Positions 23,113 to 34,085 of a stretch of DNA of 64,000 nt are shown here, one piece after another. Numbering within the stretch: position 1 is the stretch's first letter; each line of letters starts with the position of its first letter. Below the pieces are notes generated by a model. It saw only the letters and a program-made list of their open reading frames with translations. It did no database searches and was not told the DNA's origin. Source of the DNA: Rhynchopus sp. YZ270_cl-10 (taxonomy: Eukaryota); contig OZ037838.1 of NCBI GenBank assembly GCA_964035575.1, positions 1,488,001-1,552,000 of the forward strand. The letters are read 5' to 3'. The position numbers and the translations under genes were made by a program.

Positions 23113-24700
23113 TTGGTTGTCCTTTGTTCTTCTAGGTTTACACATTGTATTTGGCAAAATGCACTAGACCCTCAATCTCTCGCAACTGTGTATCCCTGCT
23201 TCCGACTTTGTTTTCCCCCCCTCTTTTGTGTGCTACGACACTTTCTGTACTTCAGGCAAACACCATACCGTACATTTACTGTGATCACTGGTGGAAGCAG
23301 CAAACAACCTTATTTTGTCGTTTTCCCCATTTTTGTAGTCATTTTTAGCCACAAGCAAAGAGTAACGAGTCGCTGGAGCATTTTGTTCCTTTGTACTCTC
23401 CGTGTTTGTGCACCTTTGTGTGTCTGTCAAAGAAGGCCTATGAAAGCAGCTGTGCTGGGCTGCATGTGTATATCTCGTCTTCATCATGGATTGCAGATGT
23501 GTCATCAATTAAACTAACCATAATGGTGTGGCTGAAAACGGGTGATTCGCACATTCTTGCGTACTTTTTGCTCCCCCATTCAACCATACCATATTTTGAA
23601 TTCTGTTTCGTATTTCTTCAATCATATTTTCTTTGTGCGTTGACCCAGCCTTTCAATATGCTTCGAATAATTCACTGTTTTTCTCATCTCGTGTACCCTC
23701 TGCCCAGTTAGCATAGCTTCAGGTAAATAATGAAGCAAAACAGATTCGATTTTTTGCCCTTTTTTTGGACCATCCAAAAGAGATTTTCTCTTTTTTTGCA
23801 GATAATGGTCCGGTCAAGGACATATCAATAATAGGGAGGGGTGTGTTATTTTGTATTTTGTATGCTCTTTTAGTTGTGTGTGTACATTTCTAGGTCTGTA
23901 TGTACCAAGAACTTGTCCATTTTGGCAAAGTGACACCACTACTGGCCGATGTCAGCAATCGCCATTTTGTTCTTTTAGTAAACACGTAGTAAATGCTCGA
24001 GACACTCGTGAAAGGTCGGTGGAAGCGAACAACAAGCAGCCTAAATTTTTCTTCTTCCCGTTTTCAGCCTTTTGAGCAACAAGCAAAGTGTAACGAGACT
24101 CTCGAGCATTTTTCTTCTTCCCCAGGAGGAAGCATATTAGCTTTGAAGGGGAACTTCTTTATGTCGTTTTTATTGCCTATTTTGTCAAGAGATGAATGCG
24201 TAGGGAAGACAGCTGAGACAGAGAAGGGAAAAGAATATCCAAAAATTCCAAGATGAAGCCGTCGGCGGCGTCTGTACTCTACAGCGCACCCATTCGTTCT
24301 TTTGAGGATGCCCAGGAGCGCGTCGATGCGGTGCCCCTGCTCATCGCAGAACGCACCCTAAGTGGGTCGGAGACTGAGCCACGGACCGCAGTGAGCCGCT
24401 AGGGCTCCTTGGTCAGTGCAACTCCATTGGGTGGTGTACTTACATCCCCGCAACCAATTTATAAAAATAAAATGACATCACAAAGAATTCTTGTCGCAGC
24501 TCATGTATGTGTAGGGGAGTAGTTGCCCCTATGTTGCACTGTCCCTTCAGGGTTCATTGGAACTGCATTTCTTGAAAGAGACCTTAAGCGAAACCTCCTA
24601 TCAGCCTTTGAGATAGACAATATGTTATTCCGACATTTTTCTCTCCTTTTTACGTACATAGAAGTTTCGACAAAAAAGCGAAACACCGGTAATTATCATC
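23113..24700 (+). repeat. Spacer duplicated at ~26367-28110; its 3' part also matches ~21240-21470
   Basis: Collinear high-identity blocks, including a GC-rich island gatgaagccgtcggcggcgtctgtactc... at ~24252 and ~27687. Confidence 0.85.
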
Positions 24701-24810
24701 AAAAAAGGAAAGGAATGGAATAGAAGACAAACAATGTGTCGCTTTTGCTTTTTGTTTTCCTTCCTGGGTCCCACCCTCCCACTGACAAAACAGACAAAAT
24801 CTACAAAAAC

Positions 24811-26366
24811 ATGTTAAAACCCATTGTATGCTGTATGCTGCTGGTCGGTGCAGCTGCACAAAATGCGGTGTACTGCAACATGACAGACCCCGTCCAGCAT
24901 CTGATGTGCAACGACGCTAACGCAGGTGCGCTGTGGTTGGGTGAGCTGATTGACGACAGGCACAACGCACAGTTCACATACTCGCGGGAGGAGCTGCGTG
25001 CGATTGCGGCACACTTCCCTTCCGAGGGTGTGAGCCGTGGACGGCAGAGCAATGCACGTCAGGCAGCACTCCTGACAACGATCCTGCAGATGACGGAGGT
25101 GCTGCTCGCCATGACGGCTTCTCTCCCTCAGCCACTCTCTGCTTGGCAGGAACGCCGTGCGGCACGCTCAGCTCCATCCACACGAGGTTCCTCACCCGCC
25201 AGCAGGCCTACCTCGCCGACCCGACGAAGCCCCTCATCAACGTCATTCCAAAATGGTATCATGGCTATTACGACAACGTGGAGAAGTCCCTTCAGAACAA
25301 GGCAGTCACGCCCGATATGCAGCCAAGCGGACGCAACTTTAGTGACATCTGGATCGACCACAAGCCTGGGGAGAATTACGGACCGTTCTGGACTTCTTAC
25401 GACAGTGGCATTGAGAGCAGGGAGATGACCAACAGTTTTTACCCTTCAGCTGGTGACGGGAACATGTCGTCATGGTACATGGCGTTCCTGCCAACACCTG
25501 CACTGCCGTTGTTCACAGATGACGGCAAGTTGAATGCTGTGGAGTGGGTGTATGGCAGCGAGACGGAGCTTGCGAACCTGACGGCCATGGCACACAAACG
25601 CCTCACCTCAGCAGAGGCAGCGGCCATGCTCAGCACTGCCATCAGCTCGCAGGAAGCACGCCTCCAGGACGTTGTCACCAAGCTTGCACGTGTCTACAGT
25701 GCAGACAGGGCAAACCTCATTGCTGCAGTGACGCTGCTGCCACAGTGGGCGCAGTACACTGTGCTCGACTATGGGTTCACCCCAGGGTTTAACTGGTGTT
25801 CGGCGAAGGTGTGTTTGCAGGGAGCGGACTCAGCGGAGAACATGGCTGTGGCGGTGAGCTCGCTGCCGAAGGGCACAATTCTGCAGACGTGGGGTTACAG
25901 TGATGAGATCCAGAGTAGGATGCCTAAGTTTTTGATTGTGGTGGAGGCTGCAGCGGACGGTGCACTGCCTGTTGTGGTTGATGTGGAGCTGGACATTTCA
26001 TCCGATTTTCCAGGAAAGTCTCCTGTGTACGAGCCACTGCGGAGACGCATCTCACGCACTGCATACGAGAACAACGCAACCACGTTCCTGCTCTCAAACC
26101 TCGCTCCGAGGTCTTACTCGTTCACGACATTTGGCGTGTCAACTGTGCAGGTCTTCGGCACAGTGGACCCCTCTGTCGACATCTCAAAGGTGCCCGATGT
26201 CTACAAGGTGATGGCAGATGGCCTCTGGGAGGACAGAACCCCTGTGTTCCCCTATGAGTACTGGAGCAACGACTGTGGCGGCGCCTTCTGTCTGGATATG
26301 TGTAAGAACCAGGGACCAAAGGTATTATGTGCCTTCATGGACTGGTACTACCCAAAGCCTTTTTAG
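24811..26366 (+). pseudogene. Secreted family copy S5, same 1-bp deletion as S3 (after 25165)
   Basis: gcggcacgctcagc lesion identical to S3; ORF is split into 24736-25428 and 25143-26366. Confidence 0.8.
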
Positions 26367-26400
26367 TTGGTTGCCCTTTGTTCTTCTAGGTTTACACATT

Positions 26401-26731
26401 GAACAAGATAAAACAATAAGCTCGCGTTTCTTTTATCGAACCGATTTTATTCTCCGCCCCGTACCCAAAACGTAAACACCACTTTGAATGAGAAAAAATG
26501 TTTTCCCTGTCCTTTTTTCTTCCACACGCGCTGGTTTTCGTATCTCGCTACTTTTTATCAAAAAGCTTTCCCCTAGTTTCGAGTGCGAAACGTTTCTCCA
26601 TGTATTGCACGGGAAACAATATGACAAACAGGTGCAGGGTGGTTCTGTGCTTATCATAGAACCTGGCACCTTGTGTGTCTCCCAAAACCAAAAGCGTGTG
26701 TGTGAAGTTTGGAAGGAAGCAAAAATAAAGC
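26401..26731. mobile_element. ~331-bp dispersed non-coding element (copy A)
   Basis: Inserted between cacatt and gtatttgg relative to the uninterrupted paralogous site after S4 (cacattgtatttgg, ~23141). Further copies at 41742 and 47430. Confidence 0.75.
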
Positions 26732-28476
26732 GTATTTGGAAAAGTGCTCGATACCCTCACACTCTTGCGACTGTGCATCCTTTCTCCCGACTTTGTGTTC
26801 TACGACACTTTTTGTACTTCAGGCAAAGACATACCGTACATTTACTGTGATCACTGGTGGAAGCAGCAAACAACCTTATTTTGTCGTTTTCCATTTCCCC
26901 CATTTTTGTAGTCATTTTGAGCCACAAGCAAAGAGTAACGAGTCGCTGGAGCATTTTGTTCCTTTGTACTCTCCGTGTTTGTGCACCTTTGTGTGTCCGT
27001 CAAAGAAGGCCTATGAAAGCAGCTGTGCTGGGCTGCATGTGTATATCTCGTCTTCATCATGGATTGCAGATGTGTCATCAATTAAACTAACCACAATGGT
27101 GTGGCTGAAAAAGGGTGATTCGCACATTCTTGCGTACTTTTTGTTCCCCCATTCAACCATACCATATTTTGAATTCTGTTTCGTTTTCTTTTCAATCATA
27201 TTTTCTTTGTCCTCCCTTTCAATATGCTTCGAATAATTCACTGTTTTTCTCATCTCGTGTACCCTCTGCCCAGTTAGCATAGCTTCAGGTAAATAATGAA
27301 GCAAAACAGATTCGATTTTTTGCTTTTTTTTGGACCATCCAAAAGAGATTTTCTCTTTTTTTGCAGATAATGGTCCGGTCAAGGACATATCAATAATAGG
27401 GAGGGGTGTGTTATTTTGTATTTTGTATGCTCTTTTTGTTGTGTGTGTACGTTTTTAGGTCTGTATGTACCAAGAACTTTTCCATTTTGGCAAAGTGACA
27501 CCACTACTGGCCGATGTCAGCAATCGCCATTGTTCTTTTTCGTTTTCTTTTTCCCCAGGGGGAAGGATATTAGCTTTGAAAGGGAACTTCTTTATGTCGT
27601 TTTTATTGCCTATTTTGTCAAGATATTGACGCGTAGGGAAGACAGCTGAGACAGAGAAGGGAAAAGAAAATATCCAAAAATTCCAAGATGAAGCCGTCGG
27701 CGGCGTCTGTACTCTACAGCGCAGCCATTCGTTCATTTGAGGACGCCCAGGAGGGCGTCGATGCGGTGCCCCTGCTCATCGCAGAACGCACTCTAAGTGG
27801 GTCGGAGACTGAGCCACGGACCGCAGTGAGCCGCTAGGGCTCGGTCAGTGCAACTCCATTGGGTGGTGTACTTTTCATCCCCTCAACCAATTTATAAAAC
27901 AAATGATATCACAAAGAATTCTTGTCGCATCTCATGTATGTGTAGGGGAGTAGTTGCCCCTATTTTGCACTGTCCCTTCAGGGTTCATTGGAACTGCATT
28001 TCTTGAAAGAGACCTTAAACGAAACCTCCTATCAGCCTTTGAGATAGACAATATGTTATTCCGATATTTGTGAGAAAACAGTGAAACACCGGTTATTATT
28101 ATCAAAAAAAAGGAAGGAAAAAACTCTTCCCACTTTGAGTGACGACAGCACATAAAGGTGCTTGGCGCCTGGTTTTGGTTTGTGTCGGGTCCAAACAAAA
28201 CAAAGCGAAATGCCGTCACAGATTCAAAGTAAAAAAAAAATACTGCCGATTTTCTATTTCTGCAATATTCGATCTACATCTATCCTCGAAGTGAAGTGGT
28301 CACAAAAACCCGCAAATTTATCGCAAAAGTTGTTCATTTCTTGTTCTCTGGAAGCTACGAAGTTGTCCCACCCCCAACTCTTCGGTTACTAGTGTTTCAT
28401 GCTGACGCCATTTCTTCGCTTTCCTTTGGGAATTCCCTACGAGAACCGGAAACCACAACACAGACAACAGCAAACC

Positions 28477-28535
28477 ATGTTGGGACCTATTGTATGCTGC
28501 TGATTGGTGCTGCACAGCATCTGATGTGCACGACG
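28477..28535 (+). pseudogene. 5' remnant of a sixth secreted-family copy
   Basis: Family 5' leader followed by atgttgggacctattgtatgctgctgattggtgctgcacagcatctgatgtgca: a deleted signal-peptide region plus QHLMC, with an early stop. Confidence 0.7.
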
Positions 28536-28681
28536 GTGTCTGCGAGCTTCGTCTCCACGTTCTCTTTTTTAACAAGGTGGCCAATCACTAAGGCGATTCA
28601 TTTCAGTCAGCTTTTTGTCCTGTTTTCCCCCAACAAACACCACACCACAGATCATTTAGTTTTCCACCAATTCCTGACAAA

Positions 28682-30496
28682 ATGGTCTGCGACACGGAAC
28701 CTACAGCACCACAGCTCCCTCCATGCGAGAACTGCACCGCACCTGCACAGCTGCAATGTGGACGCTGCGAAGATCTGTTCTTCTGCGACAAGCCTGCCTG
28801 CTTCGAAGCGCTGCACCCAAGGGCACGCGACCACGAGACCCACGTGTGTTCTATCACTTCGTACGGAACGTCGTCGAAGTGTGCACTCCACCCAGGCGAG
28901 GATCTGTGCCTCGTCTGCGAAGACCCTGCGTGCGGCAAAGCGTTGATCTGCCTGCGCTGCACCACCAACACCAACAACCACGCGGGGCACAAGACCACCG
29001 ACATTGTGCACTACATGGAACGTCAGCGCCGTGCCCTACGTGCCCACATGGACGTCCTGACGAAGCAGCGGGATGCTGCAGAGGAGGAGAGCAGTGCGCT
29101 TGGGGCCATGCTCCACAGGTGCGAGGCGGTGTGCAAGCTTGGGGACAACCAGGTGCTGCGTGTGGTGACAGACATAGAGGTCGTGATGAGGAGCATCGCA
29201 AGCCTGGCAGAGAAGATCGGAGCCCGCTGCCTTGGTGCATCCCTAGAGGAACAGCTTCCCAAGAAGGTGCCTGCCAGGAGTGTGCACGACGCCATCGGAG
29301 AGCATGTGTGCGTTACTGCGCCTGAGATGGGTCTGTGTGATACGGTGGCGGACTTACGTCGCGAAGTGGCGTCCAGCCTGGAGGTGCCTGAAGACTGCTT
29401 TGTCATGTTCTGCGGAAGCGACGTTATTGACGAAGGAGCGGATGTGGGCCAGCTCAGCGGTGCTGTAATCAAGGTGGTGATGACGAATAAGTACGCCGCC
29501 ATAGCTGCGCTGCGTGCGTTGGGTGAAACAGACCTGACGGAGCAGAGGCTTGCGAATGTGGCGGACCCTAAGGTGATGTGTTTGTTTCTGCAGGCGGAGG
29601 TTGTGACTGCATTTCCAGACGACTTCTTGCCAGGAAAACTTTTCACCTCTCTTGGTATCACTGACGTGTCTGTTGTTAGTCGCCTTGTGGACAGCCCAGA
29701 TAGTAGTGAATACACACCCTTGAAGGTGACACTCGACTTTTCTGGGTTGGGCTGCGTCACCTCGATTGGGAAAAACTTCTTTCTCCCCAACCCATCACAC
29801 GGACAGTTAAAAACCATGGACCTCTCTGCTTTGACCAGTGTCACGTCCATTGGTGACGGCTTTCTACACAATTGCGGGGCGTTAACAACACTTAACCTCT
29901 CTGGGATGACCAGCGTCATTACCATTGGTAATGACTTCGTGAGAGGCTGCAAGGCGTTAACAACACTTAACCTCTCTGGGATGACCAGCGTCACAACCAT
30001 CGGTGACGGCTTCTTGTATGAAGCCATGATACCAACACTCGACCTCTCTTCATTGACCAGCGTCACCACCATTGGTAACCACTTTTGCAATGGCGGATCG
30101 TTCGAAACACTCGACCTCTCTGGATTGACCAGTGTCACGGAGATTGGTTCCCATTTCTTTGCACACTGCTCGAAGTTACGAACACTCGACCTCTCTTATT
30201 TGAGCCACGTCACCAGCATAGGTGGGAACTTTGCTGCCTCTTGTTCTCAAGCAGAGATCAGATACCGGAGCATAGCCAGCTGCAGCAGCTTGGTTGTATT
30301 AAATTATACTATACCGGACAGGGGGTTTGGAGGGTTTGGAGGGTTTGGTGCTCCCACCGTTGCTGTTAAGGAGGTGGTCACGGGAGGGTTTGGAGGGTTT
30401 AGTGGCAATCAAGCTGTACAGAAGCCAGTCGCTGAAGGTTTTGGAGGGTTTGGTGGCACTCCTGCAGGGGGAGGGTTTGGTGGGTTTGGTCGCTAG
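28682..30496 (+). CDS. RING-less TRIM-like protein: B-box, B-box, coiled coil, Ubl-like domain, BspA-like LRRs, GGFG-repeat tail (604 aa)
   Basis: B-boxes CENC..CGRC..FC..C..LH..H and CALH..LVC..C..IC..C..HAGH; heptad region; CDTVADLRREVASSLEVPEDCFVMFCGSDVID beta-grasp pattern; seven ~24-25-aa LxxLDLSxxTSVTxIGxxF repeats; eight FG dipeptides at the C-terminus. Confidence 0.85.
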   Translation: MVCDTEPTAPQLPPCENCTAPAQLQCGRCEDLFFCDKPACFEALHPRARDHETHVCSITSYGTSSKCALHPGEDLCLVCEDPACGKALICLRCTTNTNNHAGHKTTDIVHYMERQRRALRAHMDVLTKQRDAAEEESSALGAMLHRCEAVCKLGDNQVLRVVTDIEVVMRSIASLAEKIGARCLGASLEEQLPKKVPARSVHDAIGEHVCVTAPEMGLCDTVADLRREVASSLEVPEDCFVMFCGSDVIDEGADVGQLSGAVIKVVMTNKYAAIAALRALGETDLTEQRLANVADPKVMCLFLQAEVVTAFPDDFLPGKLFTSLGITDVSVVSRLVDSPDSSEYTPLKVTLDFSGLGCVTSIGKNFFLPNPSHGQLKTMDLSALTSVTSIGDGFLHNCGALTTLNLSGMTSVITIGNDFVRGCKALTTLNLSGMTSVTTIGDGFLYEAMIPTLDLSSLTSVTTIGNHFCNGGSFETLDLSGLTSVTEIGSHFFAHCSKLRTLDLSYLSHVTSIGGNFAASCSQAEIRYRSIASCSSLVVLNYTIPDRGFGGFGGFGAPTVAVKEVVTGGFGGFSGNQAVQKPVAEGFGGFGGTPAGGGFGGFGR

Positions 30497-31107
30497 CAAA
30501 TGCTTTACTTTTTTGAGAGATTCAAGCGTCACCGACTTTTCGTTTTTTACCCCCTTTATGGTGCACTCATGTATCAGTTCGTACTTCCCCCACAAAGGCC
30601 AGCTCATGGTTGAACAACGTAGTACGTGCCAACATTACGACCTCCCGTTGGGGGCTTGGCATCCCACACACCCTTGCAGTTCCACACAGCTGATGCTGTG
30701 AGGTAGCGGGTCAAGGTAGATTCATCTTTTTCAATTTTTTTCTTTCTTTTTTAGACGTTTTTTCAGCGGTTTTGGGGGGGTATACAATCAGCGTGGGAAT
30801 GGTAGGACTAAGCAAAAAAAAGGACAAACTCCAAAGATTATTTTCTCTTTTGTCAATTTACGCATTTTCGTCTACTTTCTCTGCTGACGAAGAGACAGCC
30901 GAGTTTAAACCAAACCCAGCATTCTGGAAACGATGTGAGCACATCGACACATTCATCTGGCCACTTCTCTCTCCCGAGGCACCTTCATGTAAGCTGAGCT
31001 TATCCTGTCATGATGTGGACGACGTCGAACAGAAACCATCGTCTCACGTATTGTAGGCTCACTTTTATGCACCATTTTTCAATGCACACTTCCAGGATAC
31101 ACACAAG

Positions 31108-33696
31108 ATGCGGCTATTGGTGGTGTTCTCTGTGTCGTGTGTGGTGCTTGCCAACGTTACGCCTCCCCTGCTGGAGTCTACCCCTGCACCTGCGACACCA
31201 GCGCCATCGACGATGATCCCATCTGCGTCGTGTTCGGAAGCCGTGTCACCGTTGCATGTTTCGTTCCGCCCAGAGTCTCATTTTTCGTTTATAAAATGCT
31301 GGACATTTCAGTGTACGGGACGTGTGCACATGACCTTCCAGAAGAAGACGTTGACAGCATCGTTGTCGCTTCTCAACAGCAACGATTACGAGCTCACGTC
31401 CCTGAGGAGGGCGCCGAACAGCTACGTCGCGTCGCACGCTGCGGACGGCGACATGAAGCTTGTTCTCACCTCCAACCCCGTGTGGTACTACGACCTTGAG
31501 AACACAGACTTCTTCACAGTCGAGTGGGAGTGCGAGGAGAGCACACCTGTGCCGCCTGCAGTGGGCTTTGCTGCTGCCGACTACCTGACACTTCCACCCG
31601 AGGGGACATACAAACGGTTGTATTCAAGAAAAGGAACGTATGGGTGGGTTATTCCCTGTACAGGCACGCTCGATATAGAGGAGTACTTCTCTGGTGTGTC
31701 CACGACGGTTTTATTTATCAACAACGGTGTGGAGGTGCTGCAACAGCGCAGTTCCAACCATTGGGGCAAATTCTTCTCAGTGGATGGAAACTTTGTTGTG
31801 AAATTAATCCAGGACTACGATTGGACACACTCCGCAGACGGCTGCTTGACCCTTTCCTGGAGCTGCAATGGGGAGAGTCCACCGCTCCCACCTTTGGAGC
31901 GTCGTCAGGACCTGGTAACTCCTGTGCCTGCTACAGGTGTGCCTCCGACATTTGTTCCTGCTGGTGCATGTTTGGAAGCGGTGTCACCTTTGGACGCTTC
32001 GTTCTACCCAAAAGAAAAAATGCAGGACGCGTTGGTGAGGTGCTGGACATTTCAGTGTATGGGCACTGTGCACATAACCTTCCTGGACCACGGACCACGC
32101 GACAGGCTCACGCTCCTCAACAGCAACGGATACGAGCTCCTGGCACTGAAGGAATCACGAGACCGCTACACCGCGTCGTTCCCCGCGAACGGCGAGCTGA
32201 TGCTTGTCCACACTAACTCGTGGGTTTCCAAAGGCGTGATACACTTTACAGTCGAGTGGGAGTGTGAGGAGAGCACACCTGTACCGCCTGCAGTGGGCTT
32301 TGATGCTGCCGACTACCTGACACTTCCACCCGAGGGGACGTACAAACGGTTGTACATCAGAAAAGCACTTCACAGATGGATCATTCCCTGTACAGGTACG
32401 CTCAGTGTTGCAGGGGTCCTTGGCAACGTGGCGAAGTCAACAGCAGTCTCATTTTTCAACAACAAGGAGAAAAACAGCGTGTTTTTTCATCAGAATGAGT
32501 TCAACACATCCGGCGACTACTTGGTTGATGGAAACTTTATCATTGAACTGGACAGCTTCGGCAAGTGGAATGCGTACGAGAACTTCTTTTACATGGCTTG
32601 GAGCTGCAATGGGGTGCTGCCGCAGCTTCCCTTGCTAGAGGATACCTCTGCACCTGCGACACCAGCGCCTCCGACGATGGTTCCGTATGCTTCGTGTTTG
32701 GAAGCCGCGACGCCGTTGCATGTTTCGTTCGACACACACGCTGTGACAAAATGCTGGACATTTCAGTGTGTGGGAACTGCACATATGACCTTTCTGGAAA
32801 CAGAAATGCGAGAAGGGCTGCTATCGTTCACTAGCAACAGGTACGAGCTAACGACACTGAGCGGAAGCAGGAAGGAAGGAGCAGACGGGTACACAGCTTC
32901 GTACCCCGTGAACGGCAATATAGAGATTGTGTTCAACTACACAGACCGTTACTATGTTTCAATAGGTTTCACAGTCGAGTGGGTATGTGAGGAGAGCACA
33001 CCTGTGCCGCCTGCATTGGGCTTTGATGCTGCCGACTACCTGACACTTCCACCCGTGGGGACGTACAAACGGAGGTACATCAAAAGAGCACTTCACAGAT
33101 GGATCATTCCCTGTACAGGTACGCTCAGTGTTGAAGGGGTTCTTGGCAAACCCGTAAGGGGACAAACGACAGTCTCGTTTATCAACAACGAGACGGTGGT
33201 GTTCCAACAGGAGAACGAGTTCAACACATCCAGCGACTATTTGGTTGACGGAAACTTTATCATTGAGCTGAACAGCCTCTGGGAAACTCAAGAGAACTTC
33301 TTCATGTTTTCTTGGAGGTGTGGGGATGCTACGGCGCTGCCTACGGTCCTGAAGCCAGTGTTCGACTCGCCTAGGCCTGTCACTGTCACACCACCGACAT
33401 CTGCACCTACAGCATTGCCAACGGTTTTGAATACAGCGGTTGCAGACTCGCCTGGTCCTGTGTCCTCTGTCACACCGGAATCTGAGGGGAGCAACGTCAC
33501 CCTTTATGGCATTGTTGCGGGCGTGCTGGGTGTGCTGGGCGTGCTGGGGGCTGTAGCTGCCGTATTGTACCGTAAATGGAAGCGTTCGGCAAGTCAGTAC
33601 ACCTCGGCTACAGACCTCGAAGATGGTGATGACGATGAGATGATTGACGAGCTGTGGACAGTCCAAGACGATCATGATGTATTAAGCACAGAATGA
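31108..33696 (+). CDS. Type I membrane protein with three tandem ~243-aa units, each two CUB-like domains (862 aa)
   Basis: Signal peptide; repeated CWTFQC..HMTF..FTVEWECE and WIIPCTGTL..VDGNF..SWSC modules with P/T-rich linkers; TM LYGIVAGVLGVLGVLGAVAAVLY followed by RKWKR; short acidic tail. Confidence 0.85.
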   Translation: MRLLVVFSVSCVVLANVTPPLLESTPAPATPAPSTMIPSASCSEAVSPLHVSFRPESHFSFIKCWTFQCTGRVHMTFQKKTLTASLSLLNSNDYELTSLRRAPNSYVASHAADGDMKLVLTSNPVWYYDLENTDFFTVEWECEESTPVPPAVGFAAADYLTLPPEGTYKRLYSRKGTYGWVIPCTGTLDIEEYFSGVSTTVLFINNGVEVLQQRSSNHWGKFFSVDGNFVVKLIQDYDWTHSADGCLTLSWSCNGESPPLPPLERRQDLVTPVPATGVPPTFVPAGACLEAVSPLDASFYPKEKMQDALVRCWTFQCMGTVHITFLDHGPRDRLTLLNSNGYELLALKESRDRYTASFPANGELMLVHTNSWVSKGVIHFTVEWECEESTPVPPAVGFDAADYLTLPPEGTYKRLYIRKALHRWIIPCTGTLSVAGVLGNVAKSTAVSFFNNKEKNSVFFHQNEFNTSGDYLVDGNFIIELDSFGKWNAYENFFYMAWSCNGVLPQLPLLEDTSAPATPAPPTMVPYASCLEAATPLHVSFDTHAVTKCWTFQCVGTAHMTFLETEMREGLLSFTSNRYELTTLSGSRKEGADGYTASYPVNGNIEIVFNYTDRYYVSIGFTVEWVCEESTPVPPALGFDAADYLTLPPVGTYKRRYIKRALHRWIIPCTGTLSVEGVLGKPVRGQTTVSFINNETVVFQQENEFNTSSDYLVDGNFIIELNSLWETQENFFMFSWRCGDATALPTVLKPVFDSPRPVTVTPPTSAPTALPTVLNTAVADSPGPVSSVTPESEGSNVTLYGIVAGVLGVLGVLGAVAAVLYRKWKRSASQYTSATDLEDGDDDEMIDELWTVQDDHDVLSTE

Positions 33697-34085
33697 CGAG
33701 GTGTACTCCCTTCCCGCGCATTGTTTCGCCCTCTTTCATTATCCCTCCCCACATTTTTTTTTTCTCCCTGATGCGACACTTTGTGATGAGGAAATCTTGG
33801 TATTCGCGAAAGACGATTTTATTCTCACGCTTCCCCCACACCAAATCAATACAACAGGTGAGACCAAAAGGTCTGGGAGGGTTTGGGGTTTCTTTCTGTT
33901 AAATCTTAAACAATTACGAGAGGAATATTTTTTAATTCTTTTCAAAAAAAAAGGTGTGTAATCTGAGTGAACAAAGCATAGCAAACACTTCAATATTCTC
34001 CCATTTTTTTTTTGGAGTGCGTACGTTAGGATTATTGTATTCGATAAAAAAAAAATACTTTGTGGTGCGAAAATAATTCAAAAAA

